DNA from: Moorena sp. SIO3A2
Lineage (GTDB): Bacteria > Cyanobacteriota > Cyanobacteriia > Cyanobacteriales > Coleofasciculaceae
Assembly: GCF_010672265.1 (NCBI RefSeq)
Contig: NZ_JAAHHC010000004.1
Coordinates: forward strand, 6,161-70,160
Length of the DNA stretch: 64,000 bases
Direction of reading: 5' to 3'
Positions 1 to 9,315 of this stretch are shown here, piece after piece. Position 1 is the stretch's first letter, and each line of letters starts with the position of its first letter. Under the pieces are notes generated by a model that was not told where the DNA came from, made no database searches, and saw nothing but the letters and a program-made list of their open reading frames with translations. Made by a program: the position numbers and the translations under genes.

Positions 1-229
1 ACAAAAAGATACATTCTGTTTTGGGCGCTCCTTTGGACCTAGTTATAAGGGTTTGAGCTTCCATAAAATGAATTGAGGGTTAATTTGGGACTGTATCTTC
101 CATGAGCCCATTGGCATCAAAGCCTTATAGAGTAAGCTTTTTGGGGCTCATGTCACCCCCTCAGAATAAAATTACTGAAAACTTACTGATAACTGACACT
201 TTGGTAGCAGGCCAAAAACAGATTATTTA

Positions 230-258
230 TTGCAATCATTACTTCCTAATGATTGCAA
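230..258. promoter_or_regulatory. Perfect 11-bp inverted repeat TTGCAATCATT-N7-AATGATTGCAA about 130 nt upstream of the ABC/C39 transporter gene; candidate operator or transcription-factor site
   Basis: Read directly: left arm 230-240, right arm 248-258, exact reverse complements. Confidence 0.3.
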
Positions 259-387
259 ATTAAATCCTAATCAGAGCTAATTCAGTAATATCTCACAGGT
301 AGATTTTAGTCATTCAAAACTTACGGAATGGCATCAATAAATTATACAGAGTTTTATTACTGAATCCAAGCTCTAGGAATGTTTTGA

Positions 388-3300
388 TTGATTGGAGTAA
401 ACTCCATGGTTCAGGATTCATCGTCTCAAGGTGCTTTCAAGCAATATTTTGCTCAACAACTTGCCCAGACCCTGGGACAAGCACTCCCTCAACAAGAACT
501 CGACCGCTGCTTCAAGGGTATTAAAATTCTGGAACCAAGGGCAGGTAAGGGATTCTGGCAAGCAGGTAATGGAAATGTTGGCCTTTACATCGTTATGGCT
601 GGCAAAGTCAGGCTCCTTGATCAGCACAATAACTTACTGGCTTCCCTAGAAGCATCCAGCACCTTCGGCGAGCTGACCTTGTTTCCAGAAGAATCGTTTC
701 AGCCTTACACTGCCAGAGCTTCTGTCAAGCTCAAGCTTTGCTATCTTGCTGGTGAGTTGTTGCAGCCGTTGCTCCGTAACTATCCCAGCATCCGGGATCA
801 CCTCCATAGACAAGCAGTATTGCGGGATCTATTCTTATTGTGTCGTCGCAATGGTTTTTTCGAGAATCTACCCCGAGAAGGGTTACTTAAAACGCTATCG
901 CTATTAAAACCCTATACTCTGGAAGTGGGCACACTCCCAGATTATCTACTAAACAATCAAAGACTTTGGCTGCTCCGACACGGAGAGCTACTCCATGCTT
1001 CTGGCAAAACCCTCAATGCTGGCAGCATCTACACTCCCTCCCAGTTAAAGGAAGGAAACTCTTGGCAGGTGAGGATGCCAACTCAGCTATATAGTCTCAG
1101 CAATGGTGATAGCAAAATTGCCCTACTCCACTTGCCACAACTTAGTGAGCTGATTGAGTCTGATGCTACCCCATCGGCTAATGACCAACCTATTCCAGCA
1201 TTGGCTAAGACCTTGTCAGCTGTCGCAGCTTCTCAACCCTCTCCACAGCGAAAACCAAAGCCCAAGACCCGTCCAGTTTACTTTCCCAACCCCACAGTCA
1301 AAGTTAGCCATTGGTGGCAGCAAGTTACTCAAAGCTATCCGTTCTTTGCCCAACAGAGTTCCTCAGATTGTGGTGCTGCTTGTTTAGTGATGATCGGTCG
1401 CTACTGGGGTAAACGTTTCAGTGTTAATCGTTTGCGGGATGTTGCCAATGTTGACCGCAATGGCACATCACTACGAGGTCTAGCTACAGCAGCAGAAAGC
1501 ATCGGCTTTTCTACCCGACCGGTCAAAGCTAGTCTCGACCGATTGGCAAAAGAGAAACTGCCCGCTATTGCCCATTGGGAGGGGAAACACTACATCGTGG
1601 TCTATAAAGTGACTCGCGATCGCGTAATTGTAGGAGACCCTGCCATTGGTCAAAAAACCTTTAACCATTCCGATTTCAAAGCAAATTGGACTGGCTATGC
1701 CCTTCTGTTGCAACCGACAGCAATGCTCAAGGAAGCCAAGGAGGCGAGTGTTGCCTTCTGGCAGTTCTTTGAATTAATGAAACCTCACGGGCTGGTGCTT
1801 CTAGAGGTATTAATCGCATCTATCTTAGTTCAGATCTTCGGACTAGTTACACCTCTATTCACACAGCTATTGTTAGACCGGGTAATAGTGCAAGGTAGTA
1901 CCCTGACCTTAAACGCTGTTGGCTTAGGCTTGCTGCTGTTTGGCTTATTCCAAGTTGCCATGACTGGCTTGCGGCAATATTTGCTAGACCACACCGCTAA
2001 CAAAGTCGATCTGGCCTTGATTGTCGGCTTTATTCGCCATACCTTCCGATTACCCTTAAACTTCTTTGAGTCTCGTTTTGTCGGTGACATTGTCTCCCGC
2101 GTCCAGGAAAACCAAAAAATTCAAAGCTTCCTCACTGGCGAAGCTATATCAATCTTGCTCGACTTACTCACTGTTTTTGTCTACGTGAGTCTGATGTTTT
2201 GGTACAGCTGGAAACTGGCAGCGCTAGTGTTGTTAATTGTGCCGCCATTTTTCCTGCTGGCATTAATAGCCACCCCCTTCTTACGCCGGATTTCCCGAGA
2301 AATCTTCGATGCTTTAGTTAATCAAGAAAGCTATCTGATCGAAACCCTGACCGGGATTAACACAATTAAATCCATGGCAGTTGAACAAACAGTGCGCTGG
2401 CATTGGGAGGAACTCCTGAATAAGTCGATCAAAACTAGCTTTTCTGGACAAATCATCAGCAACCAGTTACAAATATTCAGTAATACTATCGAAACAGTTG
2501 CTACTACTACTCTGCTGTGGTATGGAGCGTGGCTGGTGATTCAAAACCAACTCACCATCGGTCAATTAGTCGCCTTTGATATGTTGCTAAATAATGTGAT
2601 GGACCCATTCCAGCGCATAACCGTGTTGTGGAATGAATTGCAGGAAGTTCTGATTGCAGTGGAACGCATCAATGATGTGCTGGATGCGGAACCAGAAGAA
2701 GATTTGCAGCAGCAACTTCGTCAATCGTTACCACAACTGAGGGGTCACATTCGCTTTGAGCAAGTCACCTTTCGTTATCACCCTCAAAGCGATATTAATG
2801 TACTCGAAAATCTCAGTTTTGAGGTCAAACCAGGGCAAATGGTAGCTCTAGTCGGTCGCAGTGGTTCAGGGAAAACCACCATTTCCAAATTAGTTTTGGG
2901 GCTTTATATCCCCACCGATGGCAAAGTGTTAATTGATGGTCAAGACATCACCAGTCTTTCCCTGCGCTCATTGCGGGAGCAAATTGGTGTAGTTAACCAA
3001 GATACATTTCTGTTTGGCAAAACCATTCGGGAAAACATTGCCATGGGTGATCCCTCAGCAACCCTAGCAGAAATTATGGAAGCAGCGCGACAGGCTGGTG
3101 CAGATGAGTTTATTAAACAGCTACCCATGGGTTATGAAACTCAGATTGGCGAGGGGGGTGGTATGTTATCTGGTGGTCAACGTCAGCGCCTAGCGATCGC
3201 CCGTGCTTTGGTAGGGAATCCCCGCTTGTTGATTTTAGATGAAGCCACCAGCAACCTCGATGCTGAATCCGAGCGCATCATTCAAACTAACTTCAACTCA

Positions 3301-3486
3301 ATTTTGAAAAGTCGAACCACCTTAGTTATTGCTCATCGCCTCTCTACCGTGCGCCAAGCTGATGTAATTCTAGTACTTGATCGAGGAATCTTGGTCGAAA
3401 GTGGTAACCACGAGGCATTGATGGCTAAGCGTGGTCACTACTTCTATCTCAATCAGCAACAACTGACTATTGCTGTTGCTGATTGA
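388..3486 (+). CDS. Bacteriocin/type I secretion ABC transporter with N-terminal cyclic-nucleotide-binding domain, C39 peptidase domain, six-TM permease and ATPase (HetC-like)
   Basis: 1032-aa ORF; C39 motif QQSSSDCGAACLVMIGRYWGK; Walker A GRSGSGKTT; ABC signature LSGGQRQR; Walker B LILDEATS; N-terminal region resembles a cNMP-binding fold. Confidence 0.9.
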   Translation: MIGVNSMVQDSSSQGAFKQYFAQQLAQTLGQALPQQELDRCFKGIKILEPRAGKGFWQAGNGNVGLYIVMAGKVRLLDQHNNLLASLEASSTFGELTLFPEESFQPYTARASVKLKLCYLAGELLQPLLRNYPSIRDHLHRQAVLRDLFLLCRRNGFFENLPREGLLKTLSLLKPYTLEVGTLPDYLLNNQRLWLLRHGELLHASGKTLNAGSIYTPSQLKEGNSWQVRMPTQLYSLSNGDSKIALLHLPQLSELIESDATPSANDQPIPALAKTLSAVAASQPSPQRKPKPKTRPVYFPNPTVKVSHWWQQVTQSYPFFAQQSSSDCGAACLVMIGRYWGKRFSVNRLRDVANVDRNGTSLRGLATAAESIGFSTRPVKASLDRLAKEKLPAIAHWEGKHYIVVYKVTRDRVIVGDPAIGQKTFNHSDFKANWTGYALLLQPTAMLKEAKEASVAFWQFFELMKPHGLVLLEVLIASILVQIFGLVTPLFTQLLLDRVIVQGSTLTLNAVGLGLLLFGLFQVAMTGLRQYLLDHTANKVDLALIVGFIRHTFRLPLNFFESRFVGDIVSRVQENQKIQSFLTGEAISILLDLLTVFVYVSLMFWYSWKLAALVLLIVPPFFLLALIATPFLRRISREIFDALVNQESYLIETLTGINTIKSMAVEQTVRWHWEELLNKSIKTSFSGQIISNQLQIFSNTIETVATTTLLWYGAWLVIQNQLTIGQLVAFDMLLNNVMDPFQRITVLWNELQEVLIAVERINDVLDAEPEEDLQQQLRQSLPQLRGHIRFEQVTFRYHPQSDINVLENLSFEVKPGQMVALVGRSGSGKTTISKLVLGLYIPTDGKVLIDGQDITSLSLRSLREQIGVVNQDTFLFGKTIRENIAMGDPSATLAEIMEAARQAGADEFIKQLPMGYETQIGEGGGMLSGGQRQRLAIARALVGNPRLLILDEATSNLDAESERIIQTNFNSILKSRTTLVIAHRLSTVRQADVILVLDRGILVESGNHEALMAKRGHYFYLNQQQLTIAVAD

Positions 3487-3499
3487 AATCCTAATTAAA

Positions 3500-3557
3500 G
3501 GGAATAGGGAACAGGGAACAGCGGATCTGGGAATCGGGAATCGGGAATCGGGAATCG
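3500..3557. repeat. Tandem heptamer array GGGAAYMG/GGGAATC; reverse complement of the CCCTACT/CCCGATT array 160 nt downstream
   Basis: Direct repeat reading. Confidence 0.8.
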
Positions 3558-3720
3558 GTAAAAAATACTGTGTAAATTATAGTTATTAAAAATGCTTTTT
3601 TTTTGTTTTATAGTAAACTTAAACTAAAGTAAATAAAATAAAAATAATTGTCGCTAAAAGTTTAAAAACAAGCAAGTATATATAACGGTTTTAATAGTAA
3701 TAATTTACACATATTTTTTT

Positions 3721-3907
3721 TCCCTACTCCCTACTCCCGATTCCCTACTCCCTACTCCCGATTCCCTACTCCCGATTCCCTACTCCCTACTCCCTACTCC
3801 CTACTCCCTACTCCCTACTCCCTACTCCCTACTCCCTACTCCCTACTCCCTACTCCCTACTCCCTACTCCCTGTTCCCTATTCCCTATTCCCTATTCCCT
3901 GTTCCCT
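3721..3907. repeat. Tandem heptamer array CCCTACT (with CCCGATT, CCCTATT and CCCTGTT variants), about 26 copies
   Basis: Direct reading; forms a long imperfect inverted repeat with the 3500-3557 array. Confidence 0.9.
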
Positions 3908-3934
3908 TTTTAAAAATGCTATAGCAATTACCAA

Positions 3935-5548
3935 TTGTGGATTATGCCATACGACCCTAACTCAGGCTTTCCAAACTCAGGCTTTCCGAAAAAGCCAAAC
4001 GATGACTATATAACTCGCAATAGTTTAGTCACCAATCCACCGGACTCGCTAAACACTAATCAGACACCACCACCAACTCAATCAGCCTCATCACCATCAG
4101 CCTCATCACCATCTCTCGGTGATGACTGGTCTGAACTCACCCATGACTTGCTCAATACCTTGCCACGAGCGTGGACTCGGGGATTGCTCTATCTGTTAGT
4201 CATCTTTGCCGGTACCCTCTTACCTTGGTCAATGCTCTCCAAGGTAGATGAGACCGGGAGTGCCAGAGGGCGGATTGAGCCTAAGGGGAAAACCATTAGG
4301 TTGGATGCACCAGTTTCTGGAACGGTGGCTGCCCTGAAAGTCAAAGAGGGGGAGATCGTAAAGGCAGGACAGATTTTACTGAAGTTAGAATCAGATTTAG
4401 TTCGTGCTGAGCTCGAGCAGTTGCTTCAAAAACAGACAGGTCAACAGAATCGGCTGGCGCAGTTAGAACTACTCAAGAATCAATTGATGCTGGGGCTGCA
4501 TACCCAACAGCAACAGAACCAAGCTCAAGAATTGGAAAAACAGGTTCAAGTGGAGCAGGCAAAGTATAATCTTGATTCTCTCAAGAATATCCATAATTTA
4601 CAAAAAGAGGAAAAACTGGCCCAAATCAATCAAGTTCAGCAATCCATTGAGTCGAGCCAAGCAACTTATAAATTAGCATTAATTCGGTTATCAGCTGCCC
4701 AGGAAAGACTCCCACGCTACAAACAAGCGTTTGAGGAAGGTGTCATTTCACAAGACCGCTTCATTGAAGCGGAACAGCTAGTAAAAGAAAACTACCAAAG
4801 CGTTGTCCAAGCCCAGTCCGATATTTTGCAAGCCAAGTCCCGCCTCAAAGAGCAGCAAGGCAGCTACGAGCGGATTATTCATGAAGCTAAGGCTGATATT
4901 CAGCAAGCTGAACTTCGCCTGAAAGAGCAGAAACGTAGCTATCAGAGTCTAGTGCAAGGGAGTAAACTGGCGATGCTAAAAATTGAGGAACAGCTGAAGA
5001 ATCTGGAAACAGAAATTACTACCCTGCAAGCAGAAATTGCCCAGGTAAAAAGCCAGATTAAATCCTTGGAATTTCAGTTAGAGCAACGAGTACTCAAGGC
5101 TCCTGCTACTGGCACAGTTTTTCATTTGCCGATCCAAGGCGCTGGGGATGTTGTCCAACCGGGAGAGGTAATTGTAGAGATTGCACCAGAGAATTCAGCC
5201 CTAGTACTCCGAGCCCAAATAGCGACTACAGAGAGTGGGTCTTTACAGGTAGGAATGCCAGTGAAGATGAAGTTTGATGCCTATCCCTTCCAAAACTATG
5301 GGGTATTGAAAGGTAACTTGAGTTGGATTTCTCCAGACTCGAAGATGACAGAAACCAACCAAGGCAAGCTAGAAAGTTTTGAACTGGAAATCGAGTTAGA
5401 AAAGCCCTATATCGAAGCCCAAAACAAAAAGATTACCTTAACTCCAGGTCAGACTGCAACAGCCGAGGTGATTGTCCGGCAGCGTCGTATTATTGATTTC
5501 ATTCTGGATCCATTTAAGAAGTTGCAAAAAAGTGGTTTGGAGCTTTGA
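3935..5548 (+). CDS. HlyD-family membrane fusion/secretion protein, partner of the upstream ABC exporter
   Basis: 537-aa ORF; N-terminal TM segment; long coiled-coil region; C-terminal beta-barrel-like region typical of HlyD; same strand just downstream of the C39 ABC gene; the N-terminal PNSGFPNSGFP comes from a 15-nt duplication, so the true start is uncertain. Confidence 0.8.
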   Translation: MWIMPYDPNSGFPNSGFPKKPNDDYITRNSLVTNPPDSLNTNQTPPPTQSASSPSASSPSLGDDWSELTHDLLNTLPRAWTRGLLYLLVIFAGTLLPWSMLSKVDETGSARGRIEPKGKTIRLDAPVSGTVAALKVKEGEIVKAGQILLKLESDLVRAELEQLLQKQTGQQNRLAQLELLKNQLMLGLHTQQQQNQAQELEKQVQVEQAKYNLDSLKNIHNLQKEEKLAQINQVQQSIESSQATYKLALIRLSAAQERLPRYKQAFEEGVISQDRFIEAEQLVKENYQSVVQAQSDILQAKSRLKEQQGSYERIIHEAKADIQQAELRLKEQKRSYQSLVQGSKLAMLKIEEQLKNLETEITTLQAEIAQVKSQIKSLEFQLEQRVLKAPATGTVFHLPIQGAGDVVQPGEVIVEIAPENSALVLRAQIATTESGSLQVGMPVKMKFDAYPFQNYGVLKGNLSWISPDSKMTETNQGKLESFELEIELEKPYIEAQNKKITLTPGQTATAEVIVRQRRIIDFILDPFKKLQKSGLEL

Positions 5549-5717
5549 CATCAATTTTTATTACTCATTATTCATGAGTGATTAATCATTTATTATCTGA
5601 ATCATTAAGATTCAGATATTGATAATTTTGTCAACTTTGTTCAGATATTACTTGACTGGATATAATGATGATAATCTAGACTAATAAGTACTACCTACTT
5701 ATTGTACCCTAGCCGCC

Positions 5718-6470
5718 ATGTCTTTGACTCAAGAATTAAAAACGGCAACAGAAACGCCAACAGAAAAGGCAACAACTGTACCGGAAGATGTTATATTTCC
5801 CCCTAGGGATTTATTCAGTGACGAACCACCTTTGGAAACTGATCTACATCGACTACAAATGACCCTACTCATCCAATGCCTAGAGTGGTTGTGGGATGAG
5901 CGTGATGATTTCTATGTCTCGGGAAATCTGACTATTTATTACAGTCCTCGACAACGTAAGTCTGAAGAATTTCGTGGGCCTGACTTTTTTGTGGTGCTGG
6001 GAACTGAGCGCAAACCTCGGAACAGTTGGGTAGTGTGGCAAGAAGAGGGGAAGTATCCGAATGTGATTGTAGAAATTATTTCCCCTACCACAGCAGATAC
6101 GGACCGAGGATTAAAGAAGCAAATCTACCAGGATACATTCCGTACTCCCGACTATTTCTGGTTTGACCCCAACACCCTGGAATTAAAGGGCTTCCACTTG
6201 GTAGATGGTTGTTATCTCGAACTTGAGCCTAATCAAGAAGGTTGGTTGTGGAGTCAACAGTTGGCACTATATTTGGGAATTTATGACTCAAAATTACGTT
6301 GGTTTACTCCAGAAGGACAACTAGTTCCTGCCCCTACTGAAGCAGCCGAACTCGAAAAGCAACGAGCCGAACAAGAATGTCAGCAAAAGCAACAAGCTCA
6401 GGAGCAATTAGCTCAAATGGAGTCATTGTTAGCTCGTTATCGAGAACAGTTCGGTGATTTCCCTCAGTGA
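5718..6470 (+). CDS. Uma2-family (DUF820) putative restriction-endonuclease-like protein with C-terminal coiled-coil tail
   Basis: 250-aa ORF; motifs PDFFVVLG, PNVIVEIISPTT, YFWFDP typical of the cyanobacterial Uma2 family. Confidence 0.75.
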   Translation: MSLTQELKTATETPTEKATTVPEDVIFPPRDLFSDEPPLETDLHRLQMTLLIQCLEWLWDERDDFYVSGNLTIYYSPRQRKSEEFRGPDFFVVLGTERKPRNSWVVWQEEGKYPNVIVEIISPTTADTDRGLKKQIYQDTFRTPDYFWFDPNTLELKGFHLVDGCYLELEPNQEGWLWSQQLALYLGIYDSKLRWFTPEGQLVPAPTEAAELEKQRAEQECQQKQQAQEQLAQMESLLARYREQFGDFPQ

Positions 6471-6511
6471 TATAGCATTTCTCATAGCTATGAGGTACAC
6501 ATAATTTTTAT

Positions 6512-6544
6512 CCTGTTCCCTACTCCCTACTCCCTACTCCCTAA
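6512..6544. repeat. CCCTACT heptamer tandem repeat
   Basis: Direct reading. Confidence 0.8.
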
Positions 6545-6631
6545 AACCCATAATTCTATACCTCACCCCATTGATATAGCATTACACATGAAGGTCAGGA
6601 CATTCCTAAACTCCGAAACTTAGTCATAGCT

Positions 6632-6670
6632 GACTTCTGACTTCTGACTTCTGACTTCTGACTTCTGACT
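6632..6670. repeat. GACTTCT heptamer tandem repeat (6 copies)
   Basis: Direct reading. Confidence 0.8.
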
Positions 6671-6690
6671 TGCGCGTAGCGCCATAACTG

Positions 6691-8496
6691 CTATATCTGT
6701 AATGAATGTAACTGTGTATAGGTTCCATCTTTAGCCAGCAGTTGAGGGTGATTGCCAACTTCTACAATATGCCCTCGTTCCATAACTACAATCCGGTCAG
6801 CTTTCCGAATCGTTGATAGGCGATGAGCTACCACAAACGTTGTGCGATTTTCCATCAAGTGTTCCAACGCTTCCTGAATCAAAGCTTCCGAAGCAGTATC
6901 TAGAGACGATGTTGCTTCATCGAGAACTAACACCCGTGGATTACGAATTAAAGCACGAGCAATCGCTAATCGTTGCCGTTGACCACCAGAAAGTTTTGCC
7001 CCATTTTCCCCAATTAGAGTATCAAGTCCCGAGGGCAATTCCTGAATAAATTCTAAAGCATTGGCATCCTGAATCGCCTTGATTAACTGTTCTTCATCCA
7101 ATTGTTGACTGCCGTAAACAATATTCTCTCGCACGGTACCTTCAAATAAGATAGTCTCCTGGGAAACCACTGATAGGAATTTCCGATAGGTCTGTAGGTC
7201 GAGGCTACTCATATCTGTACCATCTAGTAAAACTCTTCCGGTTGTGGGAGCCATGAAACCAATAATCAGACTTAATAAGGTCGATTTTCCGGCTCCGGAT
7301 GGTCCGACGATGGCAATGGTTTCCCCAGGATTGACCTGTAGACAAAAGTCTTGAATGGCAAACTGTTCCGTATCGGGATACTGATAACTAACGGACTCAA
7401 AGGTGAATTCACCACGCAGCTGTTGCAGAGCTATCTTACCAGGATTGCGCTCTAGGTCAGGACACTCGAGAATTTCACCCACTGAGCGAATGGATTCAAA
7501 ACCTTTGCCAATCTGTGGCAATACCGCTAGAATTTGCACTATCGAGTTAGTCAGGGAATCAAAATAGCCGGTCAGTAACACCACATCCCCCACTGTGATT
7601 GCCCATTGCTTGGTATAGACTAACCAGGCTGAGGTGATCAAGCAAACTAGACTGAATAACCGTAGGGTTACCCAAGAAGAGGAATCAGTGATGGCGTTAA
7701 TCGAGTCAAGTCGCACCGCTGCCTCTTTCACCGTCACTAACTTGCCATCAATCCGTTCCATCTCAGTCTGTTGAGCACCATGAGCTCGTGTGACTGGGAT
7801 TAGCTGAATCATCTCGATTAAGCTAGCTGCCATTTCTTCTAGTTGTTGTCGGAAAGCAGAATTGCGATCGCGAATCGGTCGTCTGAGTACCGAAATCAGA
7901 ATCACAGCTGCTGGAACAGTTCCCAGGAAGAACAGCAAGAACCAAGGAGCACGAATAGCAGTAGCGACAATTGCTACTAAGATAGTTAGCATAGCCGCAG
8001 GGACAAACTGGAACAGGGTTGTTGCCAACCCTTGAATTTGTTCCACATCCCGCAAGAGTTTAGTTTGTAGTGCTCCCTTGCTGTTATTTTTGTAGAACCC
8101 AATCGAAAGCAGTTGCAGCTGCTGGGTGATTACTGAGCGCAGATTCGACTCCATGTTGCGAGTCGCCAGACTCATAAACCGGATGTGTAAGTAATGGGTG
8201 GGGATATTTTGCAGTATAGAAATCCCTAAGATAGCCCCATTAATCCATAACTCCGACAGTGGGTGAGTGCTTGGGTTGGCAATAATATCAATTACATTAG
8301 CAATCACCAATGGTCTGATCCATTCCGGACTGTGTTTGATCACATACACCGCCATCGACAGTCCGATTTTACCTAGGTCTTGGCGGTAGAGATAAAGTAG
8401 TGTCCGGAAGGGGTACTCACTCCGATACTCCTGAGGAGGTGACTCCTTGGGTAGATTAGATGCTGCCGTAACACTTTCCAGTGATAATGCTTTCAT
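6691..8496 (-). CDS. ABC transporter, fused permease and ATP-binding protein (MsbA/exporter type)
   Basis: 601-aa ORF; N-terminal TM domain; Walker A GPSGAGKST; signature LSGGQRQR; Walker B LVLDEATS. Confidence 0.9.
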   Translation of the reverse strand: MKALSLESVTAASNLPKESPPQEYRSEYPFRTLLYLYRQDLGKIGLSMAVYVIKHSPEWIRPLVIANVIDIIANPSTHPLSELWINGAILGISILQNIPTHYLHIRFMSLATRNMESNLRSVITQQLQLLSIGFYKNNSKGALQTKLLRDVEQIQGLATTLFQFVPAAMLTILVAIVATAIRAPWFLLFFLGTVPAAVILISVLRRPIRDRNSAFRQQLEEMAASLIEMIQLIPVTRAHGAQQTEMERIDGKLVTVKEAAVRLDSINAITDSSSWVTLRLFSLVCLITSAWLVYTKQWAITVGDVVLLTGYFDSLTNSIVQILAVLPQIGKGFESIRSVGEILECPDLERNPGKIALQQLRGEFTFESVSYQYPDTEQFAIQDFCLQVNPGETIAIVGPSGAGKSTLLSLIIGFMAPTTGRVLLDGTDMSSLDLQTYRKFLSVVSQETILFEGTVRENIVYGSQQLDEEQLIKAIQDANALEFIQELPSGLDTLIGENGAKLSGGQRQRLAIARALIRNPRVLVLDEATSSLDTASEALIQEALEHLMENRTTFVVAHRLSTIRKADRIVVMERGHIVEVGNHPQLLAKDGTYTQLHSLQI

Positions 8497-8758
8497 GTCC
8501 GCAGTCCCTATGTCTCTTCTAACTGGTACTGTCTTGCCACATGGACTGTAAAGAAACAGACAAGGAATTGTCGATTCTTATAAAGAAACAAAAAATATTT
8601 TTTTTATCAAAACTAGGTCTTTTTTAAAGTCTTTATCGTCGCCAAAACTAGTACTCTGTTAAAATTAATTGGAGCGCAAAATCCTAACAGCAACTAGCCA
8701 GTATTACTATTATTTATAGCACTTCTCATAGCTATGAGGTACAAAATTTCGGGATTTT

Positions 8759-8880
8759 AGGTAATAGGTAATAGGTAATAGGTAATAGGTAATAGGTAAT
8801 AGGTAATAGGTAATAGGTAATAGGTAATAGCTAATAGGTAATAGGTAATAGGTAATAGGTAATAGGTAATAGGTAATAGG
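8759..8880. repeat. GGTAATA heptamer tandem array (about 17 copies)
   Basis: Direct reading; the ORF at 8710-8892 is only its translation. Confidence 0.9.
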
Positions 8881-8896
8881 GATGCGCTGCATCTTC

Positions 8897-8992
8897 AGGT
8901 GCGACCCGAAGGTGCGACCCTAGGCCGGGTTCCCCGGCCTAGGAGGCGCGCACCTTGAGCGAATTTAATAATTAGATGCGGAAAGCGCACCT
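8897..8992. mobile_element. Copy A of a small palindromic MITE-like dispersed element (AGGTGCGAC...GCGCACCT family), composite copy that includes the palindrome CTAGGCCGGG-TT-CCCGGCCTAG
   Basis: Shares the GGTGCGACC / GAATTTAAT / GGAAAGCGCACCT blocks with 5 other loci in this window. Confidence 0.6.
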
Positions 8993-9315
8993 AACAGGTA
9001 ATCAGCTTCAAAGAATACTGTACCTCATAACTGTGATCAACGCTATAATTGCCGTGCTCTTCTTCTTTGCTCTGGATTGGGTTTGTATTTTATATATTAT
9101 TGTCTGAGCCAGTAAGTATTTGATAATGGGTAAACACAGCCACAAAACATTCCATTTCTAATATTATTGTTCCCTGAGATGTTTTGTTAAAACTGAATCC
9201 TTCGGACTATTGTGGTGAGGGCTATAGTTCAAGGGGAGCAAGGTTGATGATTGAACCGAGAAAAAAAGGCTTTTTCCAGACTCGACCGATCCTTCCCCCT
9301 TGAGTATTTCAATAG

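Noticed and set aside
1154-3128. Several 60-100-aa ORFs nested in or antisense to the ABC transporter gene
   Set aside because: Contained within a well-supported 1032-aa CDS; no independent evidence.
3721-3907. Possible CRISPR array
   Set aside because: The repeats are 7-nt units abutting each other with no spacers and no cas genes; these are STRR-type tandem repeats, not CRISPR.
8710-8892. 60-aa ORF (ITYYLLP repeats)
   Set aside because: Pure translation of the GGTAATA heptamer array; not a gene.
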